DNA of 64,000 nucleotides, from NCBI GenBank assembly GCA_030704615.1, contig CM060733.1:26102001-26166000 (forward strand), given 5' to 3'. Positions 10,426 through 21,634 of this stretch are shown here, piece by piece. The translations under genes were made by a program, and so were the position numbers. The DNA comes from Takakia lepidozioides. Lineage: Eukaryota > Plantae > Bryophyta. The first letter of the stretch is position 1. Each line of letters begins with the position of its first letter. The notes beneath the pieces are model-generated. The model made no database searches, was not told the DNA's origin, and saw nothing but the letters and a program-made list of their open reading frames with translations.

Positions 10426-13400
10426 ATGGCTTCCTCTGAAGCGGAGTTCTTCTCAGACGACAAACCAGTGCCGTTCTCCCAGGAAGTCCTTGACAATGGA
10501 TTTGCAATTGTTCTGGAACATGTCTTGGCTACCCGTTTTCAGCTGCAGAATGGCTCCATCTTTTTGGAGAAAGAGGTTTACGATCTGAAAGGGAAGTTGG
10601 TGAAATATTCTTTCCAAAACCGTGATGAGACGGCTCATATCAGCCAGTGGAGAGTGCGTCCTGGTCGATACAGAGTACTTGGAGAGCCTCGGCGAAAGTC
10701 CCTTGGGTCATATGTGACGCCCGGGACTGCTGCTTCGGTCGTTGAAGACAAGAGGGAGGTGGTGGTGAAAAAAGAACAGACTTCCTCCACTCCAATCGTT
10801 GAGCTTTCGGATTCTTCCGATGATGACATAAGTGAAATTCCAAATCCAGTCCTTCCTACTGTGGTTGCAGAAGCTGATGAAGAAGAGATTTGTAGTGTCA
10901 TTCCAAAATTGCGGGCGATGGGAGGAATGGCTGGATTCAAAAGTGAGTTGCGGGGAATTGATTGGGAATCTTTGAAGCAGGTGCCTGTGAAGTTCTTGCC
11001 GGAGACTTTTGATGGCGATATCCTATTCGAGCTGCCTCCTCCTCCGCGAGTTGGAGGTGTAACAATCATGATGCATGGAATGGACAAGAAACACGACGGG
11101 CACCCGTGGTGCAGAACAAAAACATCCAATATTCAGAATGATGACAAGCTTGTTTTCAGGAGGACAGTTTGCAATGGACACCTTAGGTGTGATAATTTGA
11201 ATTGCAGACACTTTCTTCAGTCTGGAGTTCATAATCAAAGCGAATGGGAGGGTCTGGCGGAGAATCCATTTCAGCCTGGGACTGCCCCTCCACCGGCAAA
11301 CACTTTCGTCTGCAAATTCTGCAAACTTGTGCCATCCTGCTTGGCGCTCTGCGGAGCAAGAATGTACTATGTTGTCCACCGTTTGAATACAATGACGAGA
11401 GCTTGTGTGCATTTTGGATTCCATAACCATCCTGTCTCGAAGGGGGATTACAGGGAGAGTGTTGAGACAGTATCGAGGTTGATCAAACAGGAGTTCGGGA
11501 GAAACCCATCCGCAACAACATCTGCAATTGCTCTTGGCGCAAGCAAGTCCTTCTTGGAAAGCCATATTTTGAGTGAAGGAGATTCTGTGGGGACTAAACT
11601 TGACGGTGCAGCATTGGACCTGGTCATGGATCATTTCTCCACTTTAAGTTCACCTAACATTCGGCATCAGATCAATGCATTGAGAATGGGCTCTGGGATC
11701 AGAGGCTACATAGACAATATTTTGGAATTGAAACGACTGAGCAAGTACGATTACATCCAGGACAATGTATTCCCAGGTCAAGGTGCCATCAAAGTTTTTC
11801 TTTTCAAAATGTCGACTGTTGGGGAGGGCAGTGGGGTTAGCCTCGTGAAGCGGATGCAGAAGACTGGGGACTTGCAGAACTGTTTTCTTATGTTTGATCA
11901 TGTGAAACGAGTGAAGGATTGGACGACAATGGCTTGTCATGTCTACGATCCAGTGTACCAACGAGTTATGACAATTGCAGTTTGTGACATGCAATCCGAG
12001 GATACGGAATCCCAGAAGCTCATGTGGAATTCCCTGATACGTGTCATGGGCTGCCATGGGCTGCCATCTCCAAATTTCGCAGGTTTCATGGCGGATAGTG
12101 CTCAAGCAAATTTCAATGCTATTCGTATTGTCTTCGGATCGGGCGACCCAAAAGTGCCTATGCCAGGAAGAGAGCGTACATGTCTATTCCATTGGACACA
12201 ATCTCTGGAAAAACATACAAAGTCGGACATCAAACCAGAGATGCAGACTCAGCACCGTAAATTGTGCAAAGAGTACAAAGATGCTAGAACAATGAAGGAG
12301 GCGGACACTTTGTTCCAGACAATTCGTGCCTGGTGGTTCTCTTCTGGAGCTGCATCACTTGAGAGTATGAGAGCATTGGAAGATTGGCTGGCGTTTTGGC
12401 ACTTCCGGTATAGACAGTGGGGAGCAGCCATGACAATGGTACGAGGCTTCTATTTCATGCTTTATTCATACATTTGCTTTCCATATTTTTGACTCATTGC
12501 TTTCTTTATGTTGTTTCCTGTGCACTATTCTGAAGTGTGGTTATCCTCTTTGCAGAACATGTCCATTGAGGAAATGGCAGACATGCCATCTTGCAATTTG
12601 GCAGAAACTGTGCACAATGCATGGTTGCAGCAGTCTGGGAAACGAGGTCGGGATTTGTATGTGGCAACAACAGATGATTTGATACGTGCCTTGCAACAAC
12701 AAACCCGATACCGTGATTTCTTACGAGGTGGGGTTGGTGGCAAGGGTCCGGACAAATCGGAGTTGATGTTGCGTGCTGCAAACAGATCTGGGGATCCAAT
12801 CAAGATAGCACGGGCGGTGAGCATGTATGCCCAGGGAACGCCACTTGTTTCTAGAGTTCCACATCTTGAAGGGGAGGAGAGATTCGGCTCCTGTAAGAGG
12901 AAATTGAACACTCCACCTGGTTCGGATTCAGATTCCCACAGGGCAGACCGTGATAACTTCTCGAAGCCTCGTGTTCCCCTGCATGACAGCTCCGTGTCCG
13001 GAACCTCCATTGTGGAGGAACCTCCAACACGACGGCAAGCTCCAGCATCAAACCGTGCCACTGAAATGGTGCAGGAGAGAAACAACCCCCTTGATGTGCT
13101 TGAGTCCGCATGCCCCGACCACGTTTGGCACATAGAACGCACAAGTGTCGGGTCTCGTGTGAAATGTACAGCGATCAGGGCAACTAATTTCGAGAAGTGC
13201 ACTTCATCTATATCCAGAGGTGGTGCCCGAACTCCTGCTCCGACTTTCACGGGCTTGATGCGTCCATACGGTCAACCAGAAGCCAAGAACCACAAGTTCT
13301 GGTTCTGCGCAGATGATTGTGCCAGATGTGTGCATGGAACTGTGCGTCCTTCCGTAGTGATGAAGCCATCTCCTCCAACCGTTTGGCCCGTGAAGGTGGG

Positions 13401-13940
13401 AACACATCTCAGCTTTCAGGAGATTGAAATGCTGGAGGAGGCAGGTTTTTCCCTTGCGAGACAACCCAACTCCATGCATGTGCTACTACTCCTGCGTCCT
13501 CCCGGGTCCCCCCGGCAAATCCTGACTTGTGGCCAACCAAACGAGATGGAAAGCTCGTTCGGCGTTTCCCTCCAACCGCTGAACACTTTGGCAAAGTGGA
13601 GTCCGCAAGAATGCTCCAAGCTCGTGTCGGAAGCACCACGGAAGTACCCGATCCAGGATATGGTCGGGTATTCACAATCATCACTTCCACATCTGCTGTT
13701 CATGACAGGACCTACGACATCACGGTTTCCAATTTCCCCAATTGCACATGTCCTGATTTTGTGAATATGCTATCAACCAGTTTGGGCAAGAGAGGTAAAT
13801 TCATACCCTGCAAACATTTGTATTTCATATTTTTGAGGAGGATGGTTTGCGATCCCAAACGTGACAACTTCATTCACCAGGCCACTATGAGTTTCAACGA
13901 GGTCGATACTCTTTTGCAGCGGGATACAACACATGGGTAG
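10426..13940 (+). CDS. MULE-type DDE transposase with N-terminal GCM/WRKY-like Zn domain and C-terminal SWIM; exons 10426-12438 and 12556-13940; 1-bp frameshift near 13466
   Basis: Motifs MFDHVKR (D), FMADSAQA (D), CLFHW (CxxH), CNLAETVHN (E). N-terminal W-x-T-x-N..CNGHLRC..C..HFGFHNHP. C-terminal CTCPDF...CKH SWIM. GT-AG intron 12439-12555. Copy 2 has the extra C (CAACCCCAAC) that opens the frame. Confidence 0.88.
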
Positions 13941-15259
13941 CATGAACTATGTAATGTGGTATGTGGATGACCATGATTTGAAATGTGTAATTCACATCAA
14001 TTCGTCGGCTGTGCAATGATATGGCCTCCAACTATACGGAGTGAGGTCTGAGTGACAACTTTTAGGTAGTGCACATTTGTCATTGCACCGTTCGAAGTCT
14101 ACATGTCTTGCTGTCGCTATGCACTACAATCATCTTTTGAAGATGATCATAACTCTCATTGTTATTTGAGGAGGGAGGAAGTCTTCTCGTGGCAGCCTTT
14201 ATGGCGCACACTTTGTGAGGATATTTTGTCGTCTTCGTAATTGTAAAAGTGAAACAAACATTTGTAATTGCACAATGTTGGATGCTGCAATTGTAGGCCT
14301 CAACGCTCGTCTTGATTCTATTTAGGCAAGATTCCCTGCATTAATTCCACGGTCATAGGACCATCCACGGTTATAGGCGGCGCATGTTAATGCTGACGTG
14401 GCAGTTGACGGACAGTGCCACGTCATCATTTACCGCCACATCAGCATGCTGACATGACGCTCACGCCACGTCAGCATGTGTGCAGGCTCACGCCACGTCA
14501 CTCCTGCGTGAGCGTACGCTCGCGCGCTCACGTGCAACGCTCACGCCATTGCGTCGTTGCTACTTCCAGATCATGGCAAAGAAGGGGGCATCATACCGCC
14601 CTTGCAAGCATCTATACTACGTGTACCTAAAGAGACTCCGGTGTAATTCCACAACTCATCACTTCATACATGCATCAGCGTTGAGCCCCGACGAGATGTA
14701 CACTGCTGAATATGGATCCAGGGGACCAGTAAGCTTGGCTTGCGGGGCACAAGACAATGTTACGCCCATCCTTTTCGGAGTTTCAGTTATAGTAGAACTG
14801 TACTACTGTAAGTACCTCTAACTTTGGCAACAGAAAGGTTTGACTTATGTCTTGTCTACCAGTAACCTATTTTGGTCAAACTAAGATAATACTATGTCAT
14901 TACCTTCTGTTTCCACGTGCCTGGATTTTTGTTTTTTTTGGGGGTTCTTGTTTTTCTGCTCTCCCAAACTTTGCTTACCTCATTCGACCCCCGGCATAGA
15001 AATGCGGCGCCGCATTTCAAAGTACCGTAGTAGGTACTGGTAGTTGCGGCCTTGGTCATAGTAAGATGATCGCACCGAGTCTTCAGGGTGCCGACCGACG
15101 AGAACACTGAACCCCTCAGAATTCTCGCACGTGCGAACCGTAATGTGGCACCGCATTTCCTAGTGGAGTGACAAACCTTTCTCGTAGTATGAAGCTGACC
15201 CTTCTGTCACGATTGTATGATCCCCATGCAACAACACAGTCTGCATCTTGAAAATTCTT

Positions 15260-15782
15260 GCTTCTTCCTAAACATCAGGTCACTGTCTATACCAATCACA
15301 AAAACCTCGAGTATTTATGAGTGTTCGTGTTTTGAATCGACGTCAAGCGAGATGGAGTATGTCACTAGCAAGGATTGATTTTGTTATTACCTACCGTCCT
15401 GGACATCGTCAAGGAAAATCAGATGTTATTTCTCGACGATCGTATCTTGCGCCAAAAGAAGGGGATGAAGCTTTTGACCAACATAAATCCATCATCTTGA
15501 AACCAGCAAATCTCCAATTGAATATGCTATCCATGTCCACCTATGACAATGTAGAGATCATAAAAGGAGATTCAGGAAGCACTGAAGAATGACCAATTTG
15601 CCACGACACTACGAAGTCAACTAAATCGACCTCGAGACAACCCACATGTTACAAACGACTTCGAATTCAAAAATGACTTACTTTATTTCAAGCGACTTCT
15701 TTATGTACCTCTAGGATCTACACGACTTCGAATTCTTCAAACATGTCATGATCTTCCGGCTGCAGGACATTTCGGCTTCAAC
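15260..15782 (+). mobile_element. Gypsy LTR-retrotransposon pol fragment (end of RNase H to integrase Zn finger)
   Basis: VYTNHKNLEYFMS..LNRRQARWS..ITYRPG...SRR, followed by CHDLPAAGHFG; contains stops and frameshifts. Confidence 0.85.
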
Positions 15783-16128
15783 CCCATGTATTTGCCAAGG
15801 GATTCCTGGCCTTGACTGCTCATTTTTGTTTGTGCTTTCATCAATAAACTTTATCCCCTCATATATTTTCCTGTCTTTATGTGTTCTCTAATCATGTTCT
15901 CTACCTAACCAAAATCGTGTGACCATGTCTAGTTGTTGTGCTCATATTGGTCTCGTGGTTTCGGTCATGTTTTCGGTCTTTGCCTAGATCCTAACCATCT
16001 GGCTCATGAAAACCGCGTGTCTTAGACTTCGGCTCACCGCTCATGTGGCTCATGCGGCTCATGGCTCATGGCTCATGGCTCATGGTTCTGCTCATGAAAT
16101 AGTAAACCTCCTCCATAGTCGTGTGGAT

Positions 16129-16412
16129 CTACTGACCAAGCCTGATAACTGCTAGGAGAAGGGGCTGAAGTCTCAGTGGAAGTCTTTTGTCTATTATCTT
16201 GCATGAAACATTGAGAAGGGTGATTGGCCTATAATGAGATCTGCCCTTTGTCACCCTCCTTATAGAGAAGAGTGATGAGACCCCTTGAGCCATTTGGTGA
16301 GGCATGGCACCCACCCTATTTATCTTGTTGGCCATTCAACAGAAATTGTCAGAGATTACCTCCCATAGAGAATTATAGAATTCCACAGGCATCCTGACGA
16401 GGCCAAGAGATT
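16129..16412 (-). mobile_element. LINE reverse-transcriptase fragment
   Basis: YRPITLLNVSCKII...RLQPLL...IR is typical of the non-LTR RT N-terminal block. Confidence 0.75.
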
Positions 16413-19400
16413 TGTGATTAGACATGATTTTCACAGCCTTGAAGAATTCGGGCTTAGTGAAATCACTGTCGAGGGATGCAGTTTGGCAGCGATCCATTTT
16501 GGTTGGGTGGTCTTGAAGGCAAGAATCCTTGGCCTTTACAATGCAATGGGTTCTCTTTGGTTGAAGAGGCAGGAGAGTAGTTACCGTGTGAGCAGCTCAC
16601 GTGAGCACACTCACCACTTTGCACACTAATCGTGAGCAGAATCCTTAAGCATGAGCAGATTAGGGAAGCAGAGCCTATAGCCGAGATGATACATGGCCTA
16701 TTGCCGTGGACGCAAACTATTCTGAATGCAAATTCACGTAGACGGCCAGGGACCATTCCATGTCGTGCTCCATGCATGCAATGTGGGATGAATATGTCAT
16801 AAAAAATGGACGGATGAAAGAGGCATGGATGAATGAAAGAAGGTGATGGATGGATGATGGATGAATGTGGGACGAACTTGAGTCCTGAAGAGTGGAGGAT
16901 GCATGGACTGAAATAAAATTGATTGTACGGCAAACACGGCATTGACTGTCAAGGACGAGAACATGACTGAACACAAACAAGAGATCAGACTAGAGGTACA
17001 AGACTAGACAAGAAGTCAAGGTCAGCGTGGCCGAATGCACGATGAGTAAATAGGAATCAACACCATTTTTATAACAATGAACAAGAGTACAAGATATTGG
17101 AACACGACTTGAATACTAGAATGCTGGAAACTAGACTGGAGTACTGGAAACTGGAAACAATAGTAGCTTGAACTGGTGTTGGCGAGACTGAAGAGTGTCC
17201 AGTCTCGCCTCCTATATATACTGGCTACTAGGAGGTTCTTTAAGAGGCTTCCCCAAAGGAGGTTTCTTGATGGAGAAGTTTTCAAGGTTAAACAAAAGTT
17301 TCTTGATGGAGAAGTTTTCTTAAACAAAGGTTTCTTGATGGAGAAGTTTCCTCCAAATGAAGCTTCCTGAGCCGTTTCTCAAGTTACTCCCGGTAATTTG
17401 ATAAACTCCCGGTAACTTAGTAACTAATGGTAATTTATGATAAATCATGGTAGATCATGGTAGATCACAATAATTTTTAGTAATATGATAACTTAGTAAC
17501 TTCTAGTATTTACTCCTGGTAAGTTCCTCTGGGCTATGTCCGTGACATCACCCCCTCCTCCAACGCCAAGTTCCTCGAGGAGCGGTAAAATCTTGGACTT
17601 GCTTAGAGCTGGAGAAAATCCAAAATCCGGCGAATGGTACTTGCAAAGTATTCGACTCTTCGTTCTTGACTCAAATAATTTACAGGTCTCTGCAACCACC
17701 TTGAACTTGGGACCACGCAGTGATATGAGCATTCTGATTTTTAAAACTGTCTTTAAACATGATTTTGTTGCCCTTTGGGTCCAAAGCCTCAACCTCCAAC
17801 AAAATTATCAGACTTCGAGTAGGCTCCACTTGCCGTCGTACGGGGTCCAGACGAGGAAGTACGCGTCGCATTGGTGGCCCATTGTCTCGAGAGCGTCGGC
17901 GTGATGTCGAAGCTCATGAGAGTCGGAACGGCTGATCTGGTAGTTGGGTAAGTGACAGCTCCAATGCATCTGGTTCCTGTGACTCCATGTTGCCAATACA
18001 AGATGCAAGAGTGTTGGACGTGTAGCTATATATATTGATGTGTGATGCTTCTTCCTCCTTAGCGTGTATCAGATACACTTGATGTGGAGTCTTCACCTTG
18101 AAGCTAACTTGGCTGACATCATCGTTGTGACGTCTTATTGACGTGTAGTTCGGGGCTTAGCTGGATATCGTTGATGAAACTCTTGGACTTTGTCAGATGC
18201 ATTGGCGAGGTTGGATGAAGGTTCTCACGTTTGTTCGCTGATGTCGTAACTTTACAAATATACGAAATACTCAAGACGTTTATACTTGATGCGAGAGTCT
18301 AGGACTTCGTCGATTTCCTTATTGACGTCGATTGGTGGAGGTGGTATGGACTCTCCCTGGAATAATCGATGGATGATACAACTCCAATAATGAAACATGA
18401 AAGACTGGATGGATGCGCATACTTCGTGGGAGTTCAAGCCGAAAACTGAAATGAGAATAATTTTGAATGGTCCCAAGCGTTGATAATCCAACTTCCTTGA
18501 TGGTCGCGAGGTTTGTATGTCCCGTCGAAGAAGCCACACACGATCTCCGACCTTGAACTAGGGTAGGAGTTAACGATGTTGATCTGCATACTCCTTGTAT
18601 TGTTTTTGAGCTTCCGCGAGGCAGAATGTAAGCTCATTGTGAATCGTAGCAAGATGAGTAGCAATGTTTTCTGCAGCAGGGCTTCCAACGGTTTTCATGT
18701 GGAAAGTGTTTGCTCGAGGATGATGGCTATAATTGGAGAAAAATGGAGTTTGCTTGGTCGAAGAATGTAGGTGTTGTTGTAGGCAAACTCAGCTAATGGC
18801 AGAAGGTCCTTCTAATTATCTTGGTAATAATTTATCGTGCAACGAAGATATTGCTCCAAAATCTGGTTTATGCGTTCGGTTTGACCATCAGTCTGTGGAT
18901 GATTAGTTGTAGAGAGGCTGATCTTAGTATCCAATATGTGAAATAATCCCCTCCAAAAATTTGATATGAACTGTGGTCCTCGATTAAATATGATGTCCTT
19001 CGGGAGTCCATGAATGCGGTAGATATTATTGAGAAAGAGTCTTGCAGTTTCCTCGCCAGTAACCGTCTTATTACATGGAATGAAATGTGTCATCTTCGTA
19101 AAACGATCCACAATAACAAGGATTGAGTCGGTGGTCTTGGGAATTGGAAGGTCCGTAATAAAGTCCATAGACAAGGACCACCATGGACCCTTGGGAATAG
19201 GTAATGGTTGAAGAAGGCCGTAAGGTCGATGTCGTGGTCCCTTCGCCCTAGCACAGGTATCACAAGATTTTACAAATTCTTTCACGAGTTTCTACACATG
19301 CGGCCACCAATAGTCCCTGGATATCAATTCTAGATGACGTCACTCCTCAAAAACATCGATAATCGCTAGAAGTTCTTTGTCATGGATTTCATAATTGATC

Positions 19401-19950
19401 TCCATAGCGGAAAATTTGCGAGAACGAAAACCAACAGGATGAAATCGGCCATCTGTATCGTATTGAGAGAATACCGCGCCAAGTGCAAAGTCCGATGCAT
19501 TTGCTTCCAAAAAGAATGGTTTAGATGGGTCTGCATGTACTAGTATTGGAGCCGTTGTAAATGCCTGCTTCAGTCTTTCAAATGTTTGGTCAGCCTTCTC
19601 ATCCCATACAAATTTGTCCTTCCTTGTGAGTCGTGTCAATGGTGCAGCAATTTTGGAGAGTCTTTGATGAAGATTCTATTGAAATTTGCAAATCCTAGAA
19701 AATATTGTACATCTCGGACCGAAGTTGGTTTAATCCACTCGATGATGATTTGTATTTTCTTCTGATCCATAAAAACTCATTTGTTGGAAATAATGTAGCC
19801 CAAATATTCGACTTCAGATTGGTTGAAAAGATATTTTTCCAACTTGGCATATAGTCTTTTTCCCCTTAATTTATCAAGAATAAGGCGTACAAGACAACCA
19901 TGTTCTTCTTTATCTGTGAAAATATCAAAATGTCGTGCAAATAGATGACT
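16413..19950 (-). mobile_element. Decayed chromovirus-type Gypsy element: RT/RNase H/integrase/chromodomain, PPT, and putative 3' LTR (~17547-16413)
   Basis: LKQAFTTAPIL..ASDFALGAV..NYEIHDKELLAI (RNase H); CDTC..LLQPLPIP..SMDFITDLP..HPQTDGQTER (integrase); EIDEVLDSRIKYKRLEYF (chromodomain). Purine tract GGAGGAGGGGGTGA lies directly before TGTCACGG at 17547. The left LTR boundary is uncertain. Confidence 0.85.
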
Positions 19951-20029
19951 ACAATCTTGTTGGTTTTCGTTCTTGCAAATTTTCCGTTGCGGAGATCAAT
20001 TATGAAATATTCTACCATTGAAACAGGTT

Positions 20030-20645
20030 GGGCATTACGGTGGTGTCATTCGCAGCCCTCACAAAGAACATGACAATTCACCCCAAAAACCAAAAATAAA
20101 AATAAAAATGAAATAAAAGCCTTGGCGAAGAGCCATGTTAGTAGAGGGAAACAGGCTCGGCATTAAGGTGGCGTCAATGCCACCTTAATTCCCAGCCCCT
20201 GAAGCTTAATTACAGCCCAGAAGACCAACCAGATTAAGGTGACAAGTGAATTGTCTTGTTCCAACAGGGCTGGGAATTAAGGTGCCCCTGTTAGAGCTTA
20301 ATTCCAGCCCAAAAGACCAACCAGATTAAGGTGGCATGTGAATTGTCATGTTTCAAATCTGGCACATTCGGGGAAAAAACAAAAACAAAATTCCCCTTCG
20401 TCAACGACACCATAATTCCCAGCCCCTCTTGGAACATGACAATTCACCCCAAAAACAAAAAAAAACAATTAAAACTAAATAAAAGCCTTGGTGAGTAGCC
20501 ATGTTCGCATAGGCAAACAGTCTCGGTATTAAGGTGGCGTCAACGCCACCTTAATTCCCAGCCCCTGTTGGAGCTTAATTCCAGCCCAGAAGACCAGCTA
20601 GATTAAGGTGGCGTCAAGGTGGCGCCAACGCCACCTTAATGTGGC
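20030..20645. repeat. Hairpin array ATTAAGGTGGCGT-CA-ACGCCACCTTAAT within a ~365-bp duplicated unit
   Basis: Full hairpins at ~20162 and ~20528; half sites at ~20233, 20276, 20325 and 20602-20640. The flank GAACATGACAATTCACCCCAAAAAC is repeated at ~20066 and ~20432. Confidence 0.85.
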
Positions 20646-21583
20646 ATATTCGTCTCCTCTCATCTCCCCCTCCTATGGTCCACGACAGAGGTGGTTTTGT
20701 GCAGAGCAGGGCTAGTATCTTTATAGACAGTTCTGCATCAGTTTTGGGCTCAAAATCAGATAGCAGTGGAAGTGCCTTTTCGGAATGACTCATTTGTCTG
20801 AAGACAGACATTTATGAAGCACCAGTTTCCCTGCCTTGCATGTGTTTTCGGGCTTCCTTTAGCGGTCCCCGGTCTGAATTCGTTTTCATTCATCCACTCT
20901 CTTTTGTCTTTTGACTTTAACTTTATCAAATAAATACTTTGACATTTTCTCTCCTTTGTCAACCAATTTATGCCCGCTTGAAGTTTCTGTTTTCTGTTCA
21001 TGAAAGGTAGCAAAGGTTTCTAGGTCTGTCTAGCCTTCCGATATATTTGGAATGATGAATGGTCTAGGTTCCCCTGTTCTAGAAGCTTTTGATAAGTTTC
21101 TAGGCATTTTTTCAAAGCCTAAAGAATTTTCAGAAAATTCCTTTGTATTCTGAGTGTGCTTACACGTGTAAAGGAAGCCTCGTGAACCGTATCATCTCAC
21201 GAATGCATTATGGTCTATAATGCACCTGACAGTGGGTTACAAAATACTCCACATGAGTTTTTTTTTTTTTATAAGAGTTTCTTTATCTGTGTAGAAAGAT
21301 TTTTTTTCATTCAACGAGACGATCAATGCAAAGGACGTGGAAAAGATCTGGTACAAGAAAACGGCGACTGCAATGATGCGAAGAGCTCCCCAAAGACGAT
21401 CCCCGAAAAAGACCTGACCAACGAACTTCTTGCTACGTTGCAAAGAATGAATGTAAATTTTCTAAAACTTTCTTCGCACTGGGTAAAAACACCCCTCGGT
21501 GCTTCACCTGTTCTCATGTTTTGCCACAAGGGCGTTATGGTGCCTCACCTGTTCTTGCGTTCACCACTCAGGCTAAATTGTCG

Positions 21584-21634
21584 TGAGTTGGATTGGCCGT
21601 TTGTGAGTTGGATAGGCCGTTTGTGAGTTGGATA
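21584..21634. repeat. Short 20-bp tandem repeat GTGAGTTGGAT(T/A)GGCCGTTT, ~2.5 copies
   Basis: Directly visible in the sequence. Confidence 0.7.

Larger units (their letters stand above)
3239..14559 (+). mobile_element. Mutator-like (MULE) DNA transposon, copy 1 (11.3 kb, near-intact), carrying ParB-methyltransferase cargo
   Basis: 9-bp TSD CTACTTCCA at 3230-3238 and 14560-14568. Ends CAGGGATGCCTCGGCGTGAGC / GCTCACGCCATTGCGTCGTTG form an imperfect TIR. Internal DDE transposase. A second copy has the same termini and a different TSD. Confidence 0.93.
2266..14821 (+). pseudogene. SWIM zinc-finger gene paralogous to the MULE transposase C-terminal module; frameshift near 2655; interrupted by MULE copy 1
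   Basis: PTPTFTG...QFWFC...PPVWPVEPG parallels the transposase PAPTFTG...KFWFC...PTVWPVKVG. Removing the insertion and one TSD restores the in-frame SWIM motif CNCTYFQIMAKKGASYRPCKHLYY (3238 joined to 14569). Confidence 0.8.
295..15165 (+). mobile_element. Outer, probably non-autonomous DNA element with hairpin repeats and a SWIM gene; left end not seen; right end ...CCGCATTTCCTAGTG
   Basis: The array hairpin reappears at ~15000 and ~15142-15160. Sequence switches to Gypsy-derived DNA shortly after CTAGTG at 15160-15165. The internal SWIM gene is split by MULE copy 1. Confidence 0.5.
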
